Positions 56,800 to 64,000 of a DNA stretch of 64,000 bases are shown piece after piece. The position numbers and the translations under genes are program-made. Position 1 is the first letter of the stretch. Every line of letters begins with the position of its first letter. Source of the DNA: an uncultured virus (IMG/VR IMGVR_UViG_3300030101_004109). Taxonomy: Duplodnaviria > Heunggongvirae > Uroviricota > Caudoviricetes. The notes beneath the pieces were generated by a model. That model worked only from the letters and a program-made list of their open reading frames with translations, did no database searches and had not been told where the DNA came from. The stretch lies in IMG/VR virus record IMGVR_UViG_3300030101_004109, one strand, 5' to 3'.

Positions 56800-58070
56800 T
56801 AGTTATCTCCATATGCAATAAAGCAATTCTGTTGATACCGGGACATTCCGGTGTAAGGGTGTCTCAAAAAAGCAAGGGGGGCGTCAGGCTCTCGCAGAGC
56901 ATTAACAGATTTCTCCCACACGTACAACACATTAGGCCATTGGGAACCTTGAGCCTTGTGCGCAGTCATTGTGTAGCAATAGTCGACGTTAACAAGCTCT
57001 CTCAGAAGCTTAGACAAAAAGCGTTGCTGCTTGCCCTTAATCTTTCTGATTGCCTTGTTAACGGGCCCTACGATCTTTGCCCAGGTTTTTTCCAAGGCGG
57101 CGAGAGAGATTACGCAAGACCGCCCATCTTCCGCCGTTACCTTCGTAAGACCAAGGTTAGTCGGACTTAGACGTTCAATTGCTTCAAAGTAGCTGCCAGT
57201 GTAAGGCTCAAAATCTGCAACGATAAACGTGTCACCGTTAATGAAGTTACCGGTGTTGTTAGTAGCAATAAGCTTTTCTCCTACAACCAAAGGCCCTTTT
57301 TGCATGAAGCCTTTATAAAATCGGATCTTTGTGTTCAAAGCAATACGAGTTTTGTTACGATGAACAATAATCTGCCCTTCGTTACCATCCCCGTAGGCGT
57401 CAATAAACCTCTTCCAGATTCGATCAGACATGGTACCTACTGCTTTCATTTCTGTGCCGAACGACGTTTGATCAGAGTTAGCAGCGAGGTAGTTCTTCAA
57501 GCTTGAGTAGCTTGTAATGTCTCCGTTTCTCATAGCTGTTAGCGCCTGGATACCGATCCCGGCAGACTGCCTATGAATCTCAGTAAAAGTAAACGAAGTA
57601 TCTTCAGGAGAGAAGAAAGATTTGGCTTTGACCGGAGGAAGCTGGAAAGGGTCTTTGGTTACAAAGAGTTTACATTGTGCCCGGTACAACTGTTCCTTTA
57701 GGCGCTCTCCCAAATACTCACCAACCATAGAAGCTTCATCGAGCCACACGATACCCTTGTATGGAAGTTTATCTGCGTTCCATCCACCAAACTGCAGCTT
57801 TCCATCTTCGTCCATGAAGGCCCGACCGGAGATCGCTCCATGGATGGATTTACCCTGCAGGCGGGTCCGCTGTACGGCCACCTTGACGCTGAGCCATGTC
57901 GGCCCGAGCATCAGTACCTCTCGGTTCTGCCAACGATTTTCGAGGAGCCATTCTACAATAGACGTTTTGCCCGTTCCGGCGTAACCATCAATAATGCCTA
58001 CACCGTTATTTTCCATATCAGACAGCGCGGCTTCAATACCCTGCATCTGGTGATCGGTAGGAGTAATCAT
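56799..58070 (-). CDS. Dda/RecD-like SF1B helicase
   Basis: GYAGTGKTS, DEASM, DPFQLPPV, IHRQ, TAHKAQGSQW, YTGMSR. Confidence 0.92.
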   Translation of the reverse strand: MITPTDHQMQGIEAALSDMENNGVGIIDGYAGTGKTSIVEWLLENRWQNREVLMLGPTWLSVKVAVQRTRLQGKSIHGAISGRAFMDEDGKLQFGGWNADKLPYKGIVWLDEASMVGEYLGERLKEQLYRAQCKLFVTKDPFQLPPVKAKSFFSPEDTSFTFTEIHRQSAGIGIQALTAMRNGDITSYSSLKNYLAANSDQTSFGTEMKAVGTMSDRIWKRFIDAYGDGNEGQIIVHRNKTRIALNTKIRFYKGFMQKGPLVVGEKLIATNNTGNFINGDTFIVADFEPYTGSYFEAIERLSPTNLGLTKVTAEDGRSCVISLAALEKTWAKIVGPVNKAIRKIKGKQQRFLSKLLRELVNVDYCYTMTAHKAQGSQWPNVLYVWEKSVNALREPDAPLAFLRHPYTGMSRYQQNCFIAYGDN

Positions 58071-58279
58071 TCTACGCTCCAACTTTGGACTTCATTGGCC
58101 GCTCCATAAAAGCCGCTATCTACCAGTACGGCCCAACAGATAGCAACCAAGTTACCACCTACCGTTTCCTTTTCAGCTCTCATGTCGTCAATAAGATACT
58201 TAACTGTTTCTGTGTCTCCTGTATGATTCAAAAGGGTATCTTCTACTTTATTCAAAAACTTTTGTTCTGCTTCAGTCAT
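58067..58279 (-). CDS. Hypothetical protein
   Basis: GGAG RBS before MTEAEQK. Confidence 0.5.
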   Translation of the reverse strand: MTEAEQKFLNKVEDTLLNHTGDTETVKYLIDDMRAEKETVGGNLVAICWAVLVDSGFYGAANEVQSWSVE

Positions 58280-58280
58280 T

Positions 58281-58955
58281 TTACTCTCCAACAGTTGCGC
58301 TAAACCAATACTTGTACATTTCACGAGTCGCAGTAATCTGCCACTCACCATCTACTTTACCTCGGTAGTTCAAAGTTACAAGTGTAATACTTGTGGCTTT
58401 TACGTTTGTCACAGTAAGGGGCGCAGTACCTTCCCCGTCTTTGATACTTACAGATGCTCCTTCGTATTTGACATTAGCCAAATGTTCGGCCAACTCTTTG
58501 TCTGATAGCGGATGGTCAAAGTTTTCAAACCATTCAACTTCTACTTCGTTGATTGAGTATTCATAATCAATTTGGGTATGGTAGCCTGGGCAGCCGCCAT
58601 ATTCGTAGGGGCCTATACCATTATCTACCCAGCCGCCATCTATGATGTCTTCAGCTTCGTCATCTACAACATCTTGTAGGGTCATGTCCCCCATCAAGTA
58701 ACGCTCAGGGTCGTGCCACTCCGTAAGCATTTTGTATTCTTCAGGTTCATCAAAAATAATGTCGTACAATGGCGTGTTCTTCGCGGCTTCTGCTTCTCGC
58801 CAGTAACCCATTTCTACAAGCTTCACAAAAGTATGATGGCGAAGATCGTCGCCTTTATCAAAAGAAACTTCAATCTTGTTTCTAATATCTTTACCGTTAG
58901 CTTCGGGCAAAATGTGCATAAGGGTGTCCAAGTATTCAATCTGGTGTGCGTCCAT
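58281..58955 (-). CDS. Acidic hypothetical protein
   Basis: GGAG RBS; DNGIGPYEYGG motif. Confidence 0.65.
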   Translation of the reverse strand: MDAHQIEYLDTLMHILPEANGKDIRNKIEVSFDKGDDLRHHTFVKLVEMGYWREAEAAKNTPLYDIIFDEPEEYKMLTEWHDPERYLMGDMTLQDVVDDEAEDIIDGGWVDNGIGPYEYGGCPGYHTQIDYEYSINEVEVEWFENFDHPLSDKELAEHLANVKYEGASVSIKDGEGTAPLTVTNVKATSITLVTLNYRGKVDGEWQITATREMYKYWFSATVGE

Positions 58956-58957
58956 TG

Positions 58958-59230
58958 TTACTCCAATATTTTCCAGCTACAAGGTGAATAGATTAGTTTC
59001 CAAGTCGGGCCTTCAACAAAGCCTTTACACTTACCAAGTATTTTCCATTTACTCTTTAGTTGTCTTGCTACTTCTACCCCATACTTATTTACTGCAATAG
59101 GGCTGGGGTGACCTTCAATAGACCTAACTTCTTTCAGCAGGCCTCGCAAAGAATATGCTTCGTCTTCTGAAATACCTATGATTTTTTGTAAGCGTTTTAC
59201 AGAAGGCACTTTAGGGTCTGTTCTTACCAT
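58958..59230 (-). CDS. Hypothetical protein
   Basis: GGAG RBS. Confidence 0.55.
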   Translation of the reverse strand: MVRTDPKVPSVKRLQKIIGISEDEAYSLRGLLKEVRSIEGHPSPIAVNKYGVEVARQLKSKWKILGKCKGFVEGPTWKLIYSPCSWKILE

Positions 59231-59251
59231 GTCTCTCCAATAGTTAATGTG

Positions 59252-59503
59252 CTATTCAGTTCGCTGGGCGTCCCAAGCCCTTCGGCATGATGCCAAGTAA
59301 CTCATGAAAACTTGTTCGTCAAGGGCCGGATCTGCAGAAATTACACAGACCGAGCCGGGAGAAAGGACTACATCGCCTTTCACTACATGACTTAGGGTAT
59401 CGGCCCAGGCTGTAGCCTTTCTACTTTTTTCATAAAATGATCCCAAAGCAAAACCAAAAGCTATGAGAGATAAAAATAAAAGCCCTGTAAGAAGTTTTTC
59501 CAC
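59252..59503 (-). CDS. Small membrane protein
   Basis: N-terminal hydrophobic helix, GGAG RBS. Confidence 0.55.
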   Translation of the reverse strand: MEKLLTGLLFLSLIAFGFALGSFYEKSRKATAWADTLSHVVKGDVVLSPGSVCVISADPALDEQVFMSYLASCRRAWDAQRTE

Positions 59504-59788
59504 TTACTCTCCATTAGACAGCATCAAAAACCTACACCACGATTGTTTTAGCTGATTGTAAAATGTATCAAAATAGTTAGGTATTGTTCTATCTGTTCTT
59601 TCAAACTTTTCTTTGAACTGGTTTACGGGACGGGCCCAGAATCTAAATCCCTTCTGGTCTCTACCTACGTATACAGCAAGTGTAGGAAATTTTACTTCGT
59701 CATAAGACTCACTGTTAACAACAAAAAGTAACAGATAAAGCCTGCCTGAATGGTGACGATAAAATTGAAAGGGGTGCAAAGCGGGCAC
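59504..59788 (-). CDS. DUF1653-like protein
   Basis: YRHHSGRLY...AVY...WARPVNQFKEKFE. Confidence 0.7.
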   Translation of the reverse strand: MPALHPFQFYRHHSGRLYLLLFVVNSESYDEVKFPTLAVYVGRDQKGFRFWARPVNQFKEKFERTDRTIPNYFDTFYNQLKQSWCRFLMLSNGE

Positions 59789-59921
59789 GATCCCCCTCCT
59801 GTTTTAAGTTAGGTGTGTATAGTGCTGTTTTCGGTTAACTGCCACTAAGTTTATGATGGCAGCAACCGGGTGTGGGCCCCATAACACAATGAATAACTGT
59901 AGTCAATAGATCGGCTTTACT

Positions 59922-60329
59922 TCAGGCATTGGGCGCATCTTCGGGATAAATAAGCTCGTATCGAGTAGCCCAAAGCTTTAGCGCTCCCCATCCTATGCTG
60001 CTAAACTTATTGCGGCCATTGTTCCAGTGATGGTCTACATCATGGATTTTTTGTAGCTGTTCCATGGCTTGGGATGGAGCGTCAATGACTCCCTGCTCAC
60101 AAAGGTCAGAGGCAGTAGCCGCAGCCCCTTCTGGATCGTCCCAAGTGGGATTGTAAAGGTCGTCAGGGATCATCAGCCCGATGAAGCATTTGGCGCCGTC
60201 GTCGCCACGATACAGGCAAGCAGGACCACCAAGGGCGGGGTGCCCCGTATCTCTAACCGACTGTACACCACCATTCAAAAGGTGAGCTACCACTTTATCT
60301 AAAGCTTGCTGCAAAGTAAAAGTAATCAT
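59922..60329 (-). CDS. Hypothetical protein (paralog 1)
   Basis: CLYRGDDGAKCFIGLMIPD...LQKIHD. Confidence 0.7.
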   Translation of the reverse strand: MITFTLQQALDKVVAHLLNGGVQSVRDTGHPALGGPACLYRGDDGAKCFIGLMIPDDLYNPTWDDPEGAAATASDLCEQGVIDAPSQAMEQLQKIHDVDHHWNNGRNKFSSIGWGALKLWATRYELIYPEDAPNA

Positions 60330-60688
60330 ACTACCCCCTTGTTTTCTTCAAACCACGTATCGAGAAGATTGTAAGCACTGTACGTACCGTCAGGGCCCCA
60401 GCAATTAGGGTTGTCGTGAAGTTCCTGCAGTTCCCCCAAAGCTTCCCCGAAAACAGGGGACCCCTTGATAATTTTATTCCTCACCATAGAGACCGCTGAC
60501 ATACCTTTCTCAAAGTCATCATGGTACTTACTGTCAGGAATCATTAGGCCGATGAAGCATTTAGCCCCAGCTGCACCACGGTAAGCGCATTGGCTTCCAC
60601 GGGTATTTCTCAGTTGGGATCGCTTCCCCCCTGCTTCAAGGTGGGCCTTTACTTTATTGTATGCGTCTTCAATCGTAAAAATAATCAT
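60326..60688 (-). CDS. Hypothetical protein (paralog 2)
   Basis: CAYRGAAGAKCFIGLMIPD...LQELHD; GGAGG RBS before MIIFT. Confidence 0.7.
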   Translation of the reverse strand: MIIFTIEDAYNKVKAHLEAGGKRSQLRNTRGSQCAYRGAAGAKCFIGLMIPDSKYHDDFEKGMSAVSMVRNKIIKGSPVFGEALGELQELHDNPNCWGPDGTYSAYNLLDTWFEENKGVV

Positions 60689-61206
60689 GCTACCTCCAAA
60701 GTATTCATATGTTCGTGCCACCACTGTGGGGGCTCTCTCTTACTCCAAACTGCGAACCGTGCCTTCTCCCCCATGTAGTACGCCCTGTAGGCGTCTACTG
60801 CGTTGTCTCGTTTGTATTTGTCGGGCATAGCTTGAGCAAACGGGGTTGCGTCGTAGTTGTCAAAGGCCATTTCGAGATCCAGGCCAACGGCCCAGTCAAT
60901 TACTGCTTGTGACTTGTGTACCTTACCATAACGGTGTGTGTACTCAGATGCAAGGGACAAACCATGAATCAGCAACCAATGATAGTTAAACAATGACTGT
61001 CGAGCCCACACAGTACATGGATGGTTGACATAGGCTTTTTTGTACGGAATATCAGCAGGGTCAATATCAAGCTTACCATCTTCACTCAAAACATGAACCG
61101 CTGAGCAAAGCATCTGCGCAGTTTCAAGTGTCATCTTTACAACATGCTTATTGCATAGCTGTCGAGCGGCAAGCTCAGGGTTTGTGTGCACTACAAAAAT
61201 ATTCAT
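60685..61206 (-). CDS. Pyrimidine-dimer DNA glycosylase / DenV-like protein
   Basis: MNIF...KHVVKM.LETAQML...NHPCTVW...EYTHRYGKVH...QAMPD. Confidence 0.85.
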   Translation of the reverse strand: MNIFVVHTNPELAARQLCNKHVVKMTLETAQMLCSAVHVLSEDGKLDIDPADIPYKKAYVNHPCTVWARQSLFNYHWLLIHGLSLASEYTHRYGKVHKSQAVIDWAVGLDLEMAFDNYDATPFAQAMPDKYKRDNAVDAYRAYYMGEKARFAVWSKREPPQWWHEHMNTLEVA

Positions 61207-61225
61207 TACTCTCTCCAAGTTAAAG

Positions 61226-61302
61226 TGGTGGGCCTTCTGGGGCTCGAACCCAGGACAATCCGGTTATGAGCCGGGTGCTCTGACCAACTGAGCTAAAGGC
61301 CC
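61226..61302 (-). tRNA. tRNA with CAT anticodon, likely Ile2 (reads AUA after lysidine); encoded CCA
   Basis: GGGCCTT acceptor, CT-CAT-AA loop, GTTCGAG T-loop. Confidence 0.9.
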
Positions 61303-61307
61303 TTATT

Positions 61308-61484
61308 CTATGTCGGGCACTCGATCATAGCGCCTTCTGTATAAGAGGGTTTCTTTCTTACTTCGACAGATCCTTCGGATGTTTCTACGATGCAAGTGTT
61401 ATCTTCACACCTGTCGATTACACATTTAGGCTTAATGGTTTCTGTCTTAGCTGTCAATGATGAAAACAAAAATAGTACAAACAT
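61308..61484 (-). CDS. 58-aa DUF3006-like protein with hydrophobic N-terminus (not in ORF track)
   Basis: TAAGGA RBS; MFVLFLFSSL...VIDRCEDNTCIVE. Confidence 0.55.
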   Translation of the reverse strand: MFVLFLFSSLTAKTETIKPKCVIDRCEDNTCIVETSEGSVEVRKKPSYTEGAMIECPT

Positions 61485-61504
61485 TTTATTTCCTTAGAAT
61501 TTAG

Positions 61505-61577
61505 TGGGTCCAGTGGGATTCGAACCCACGACCATCGGTTTAAAAGACCGGTGCTCTACCAACTGAGCTATAGACCC
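61505..61577 (-). tRNA. tRNA-Lys(TTT)
   Basis: Cloverleaf, CT-TTT-AA loop, GTTCGAATCC. Confidence 0.93.
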
Positions 61578-61581
61578 GAAG

Positions 61582-61664
61582 TGGGCGAGGCGGGAATCGA
61601 ACCCGCATGACCTACGGCCGGGAGATTTTAAGTCTCATGTGTCTACCAATTCCACCACTCGCCC
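61582..61664 (-). tRNA. tRNA-Leu(TAA)
   Basis: GGTGGAATTGGTAGACAC D-arm, CT-TAA-AA loop, long variable arm. Confidence 0.93.
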
Positions 61665-61670
61665 GTGGTA

Positions 61671-61886
61671 TCAGTCGCGGTCAATCCGCTGAATGATCAT
61701 AATGGTTTCGCCGTCTTCTACAATGTTGACGGGTTCCGTCCATTGTTTGTTTTCTTTTACATACTTTGTCAAGGCGGCGCCCTTTAGATCGGCTGGGACC
61801 TGTAGGATGCTGGCCCCACTCAGGTAGCCGAACGTGGTTCCGTCGTCAAGGATGATTACAAAATCGCTTTCCATTTTTCTCTCCAA
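61671..61886 (-). CDS. Hypothetical protein (start likely MESDF)
   Basis: GGAG RBS, between tRNAs. Confidence 0.55.
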   Translation of the reverse strand: MERKMESDFVIILDDGTTFGYLSGASILQVPADLKGAALTKYVKENKQWTEPVNIVEDGETIMIIQRIDRD

Positions 61887-61896
61887 TGAAGTTAAG

Positions 61897-61970
61897 CGCC
61901 CCGGATAGGGATCGAACCTATGACATTCGGCTTAGAAGGCCGATGCTCTATCCAACTGAGCTACCGAGGC
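61897..61970 (-). tRNA. tRNA-Arg(TCT)
   Basis: Cloverleaf, CT-TCT-AA loop. Confidence 0.93.
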
Positions 61971-61979
61971 AAAAAGGTA

Positions 61980-62033
61980 GCACACTTTAACCGGTGTGCC
62001 AGCGATGTTCTTCCATCCACCCCGTAGAACATC
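61980..62033 (-). ncRNA. Structured RNA motif, copy B
   Basis: 8-bp stem with CGGGGTGG in its loop, then CGCTG and a GCACAC/GTGTGC hairpin. Confidence 0.6.
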
Positions 62034-62150
62034 ACAGAGGACTGAGATCGAGGGATCAGTCTTATGACAGGTATTTGACTGGCACCATTTTTCAGTCTAC
62101 AGGTTAACTAAAAAACAGGGTATTACTTTTACATCATACCCCAAAAGAGG

Positions 62151-62230
62151 GGCACACTTTAACCGGTGTGCCAGCGGCTTTGGCTGCTAACCCCCTATCC
62201 CCCAGGAGCCACCCCGCAAGGTTAGCAGCC
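62151..62230 (-). ncRNA. Structured RNA motif, copy A
   Basis: 11-bp stem with CGGGGTGG in its loop, then the same 25-nt element as copy B. Confidence 0.6.
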
Positions 62231-62244
62231 CAATACTTTTACGG

Positions 62245-62622
62245 TCAGTTTGTTCCTTTAAGGTATTGGTCAATACTACCCTTTGTCAATCCAAAATCTT
62301 CAGAAAGAATCTTTACAATGTGTTTTCTCGGCGTTCCCTCCTTTCGCATTTCTGCCGCTTCGAACCTAATACGGTCACGCTGTTCATAGTTTTTATCAAG
62401 CAAGCTAATCAACTTGTTTGAATTGCCCTCAAGCTCTACTCTATATTCTCCTGTATCTACAAGTTGGTCAAACGCTTTACTTACGTAGTACCTTAGCGTA
62501 GATCGCTTTAGTTTTTGAAACGCCCGCTTGGCCGTAAGTGCCGAGATAGCTTGCGGGGTCGTAACACCTGCGTCAGACATTGACGTAGTAATAAGTTTGG
62601 CAGCTAAATCTATCTGTTTCAT
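62245..62622 (-). CDS. Hypothetical DNA-binding (HTH-like) protein
   Basis: GAGG RBS; basic helical; FGLTKGSIDQYL. Confidence 0.6.
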   Translation of the reverse strand: MKQIDLAAKLITTSMSDAGVTTPQAISALTAKRAFQKLKRSTLRYYVSKAFDQLVDTGEYRVELEGNSNKLISLLDKNYEQRDRIRFEAAEMRKEGTPRKHIVKILSEDFGLTKGSIDQYLKGTN

Positions 62623-62718
62623 TACTACCTCAATGTATTTAGCAGTAGGAGAGGAGGATGCTACAGGCCAGTATAAAGGCTATAAAGACCTGTAGATCCT
62701 CCCAGTAGTGGTACCACT

Positions 62719-63018
62719 TCACTCAGAATCAGCGGCAGCAGCTTCATCGAGCAGCATACGGATGACTTGCCCGATGTCGGTCATACCCCCGGCATCCATG
62801 AGCTTTCGGGCGGTGTTGCCCTGGGTCTCAGTGATGGTCACACCGTTGAGGCGAAGGTTACCCCCCGTAGCGGGAGTAATGTGCTTAGTCGTCGCAGTCT
62901 CTCCATCGCGACCAGTTTCACCATTCTTGATAAACAAGTACATGGTAAACTCATCTTCATGGCCACTCGGAAGAGGGTTAGCGGTAAGGCGGAAACGGCT
63001 GTTGTCAGTGTTGGACAT
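62719..63018 (-). CDS. Hypothetical protein
   Basis: GGAG RBS, own promoter-like element and leader. Confidence 0.65.
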   Translation of the reverse strand: MSNTDNSRFRLTANPLPSGHEDEFTMYLFIKNGETGRDGETATTKHITPATGGNLRLNGVTITETQGNTARKLMDAGGMTDIGQVIRMLLDEAAAADSE

Positions 63019-63103
63019 AATGTACTCCAGTACAAGTTGTGGTTGAGTCCCGAATCAAGGTTTGGTTTGAGGCGTTCGGGCATCGCCCCTTCTTACAAAC
63101 TAC

Positions 63104-63144
63104 ACTTAACGGATTGTGATGGACTGTCAAGGTGAAAGTTGAAA
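63104..63144 (-). promoter_or_regulatory. Promoter-like element
   Basis: TTCAACTTTCACCTTGACA-N15-TTAAGT. Confidence 0.45.
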
Positions 63145-63264
63145 CTTTTTCTATCGAGTCCGGCGAGGGCTGATCCCTCACCCTATGACATTGAAACAGC
63201 TTCCCAGCTACCCCAATGTCAAGGGGTGAATGTTCAGCGGCGCTTACGATAAGGGCGGTAAAAC

Positions 63265-63999
63265 TTAAAAAACATTTTCTTTGTTGTACTCCGTAATATA
63301 TTTCAAGTAGTTATCTGCTGTGGCTTCCATTGATTGTGTTGGGTCATCTTCAATAAAGATTTTGTAACCCCCGTCTCGGGCAGCTCTCCAGTCTGCCAAA
63401 TCTCCAGTAGCGTCTTCTTCAATCTTTGTCAATAGTGTTTCCCATTGTTGTTTTGTGTAAGGGCCTCCAAAATCAGTGTGGATTAGTGTTGACAGGTGAG
63501 TCTCAATAAAGGCTTGAATAACTTGATGGTCGGTAGGTTCCTGATAAGTATCTCCACCATCCCAATCAACGGCTTGACTAAGTTGGAAGTAATCGGTCTC
63601 ACCGTCAATGTCCATATCATTCTTACTCAATACTTCATCCATACGTTCGATGAAGTATTCGAAGTTTTGCTCTGATTCGACTTCCAAGTAACAATCAACG
63701 TGGTAGTCATTCATTTCATGGTAAATATGTTCTTCGCCACGAGGGTCGATCGGCTCGCCACAATGGTCACAGATAGGAGCGCACTTTGTGCATAGGGTGT
63801 CGCCGTCTACCTCATGAAACTCGGCGTCATACCGGCTCCGGCTCCAATGGTTTCGGGCGAGGGGTGTGCCGTAGGATTCACCGATAGCCTCAGTCTTTTC
63901 TGCCAGGGCGCGAGTAATCCCGTCTTTCCACTGTTGGTAAGTAAAGTCGTCAACATTAGCGGTAATCGCGACTTCACAGTGAGCGCACTTTTCAAAAAC
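63265..63999 (-). CDS. Zinc-finger protein, 5'-truncated by the window edge
   Basis: Frame of track ORF 63265..63714 stays open upstream with CAHC, CTKC, CDHC and HVDC motifs. Confidence 0.7.
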   Translation of the reverse strand, partial: VFEKCAHCEVAITANVDDFTYQQWKDGITRALAEKTEAIGESYGTPLARNHWSRSRYDAEFHEVDGDTLCTKCAPICDHCGEPIDPRGEEHIYHEMNDYHVDCYLEVESEQNFEYFIERMDEVLSKNDMDIDGETDYFQLSQAVDWDGGDTYQEPTDHQVIQAFIETHLSTLIHTDFGGPYTKQQWETLLTKIEEDATGDLADWRAARDGGYKIFIEDDPTQSMEATADNYLKYITEYNKENVF

Positions 64000-64000
64000 A

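Noticed and set aside
61980..62176. 25-nt direct repeat as a mini-CRISPR array
   Set aside because: Only two copies 172 nt apart, structured intervening sequence, no cas operon
61971..62244. tmRNA or a known ribozyme (hammerhead, twister, pistol, HDV/theta)
   Set aside because: Could not match their conserved cores by eye; needs an Infernal search
1..64000. Stop-codon recoding
   Set aside because: TAA, TAG and TGA all end tightly packed genes, and no suppressor tRNA is present

Overview
A 64-kb segment of a tailed dsDNA bacteriophage genome, probably podovirus-like, using the standard genetic code and truncated at both ends. Left arm (minus strand): large terminase, portal and a probable scaffold. 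These diverge from a long plus-strand late region: small terminase candidate, major capsid, a cassette of probable internal head proteins, tail adaptor/nozzle, ejection-type proteins, tail fibre and an NlpC/P60 hydrolase. Right arm (mostly minus strand): SbcC-like ATPase, SpeD-family decarboxylase, UDG-like/PolA fusion, SSB, Sak4-like ATPase, Cas4-like nuclease, SNF2, DUF927 and Dda-like helicases, a deoxyhypusine-synthase-like enzyme, an adenine methyltransferase, a DenV-like glycosylase, four tRNAs and a cluster of structured non-coding elements. Main leads: (1) a segment just before the capsid-operon terminator that is antisense to the start codon and Shine-Dalgarno of the scaffold gene 8 kb away; (2) a cassette of orphan proteins sharing a short 'TAEELVxLY' tag; (3) a duplicated RNA motif with swapped stem sequences beside the tRNAs; (4) a two-gene polyamine route alongside a PolA with substituted active-site residues. 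All product calls come from reading motifs by eye; no database searches were run.
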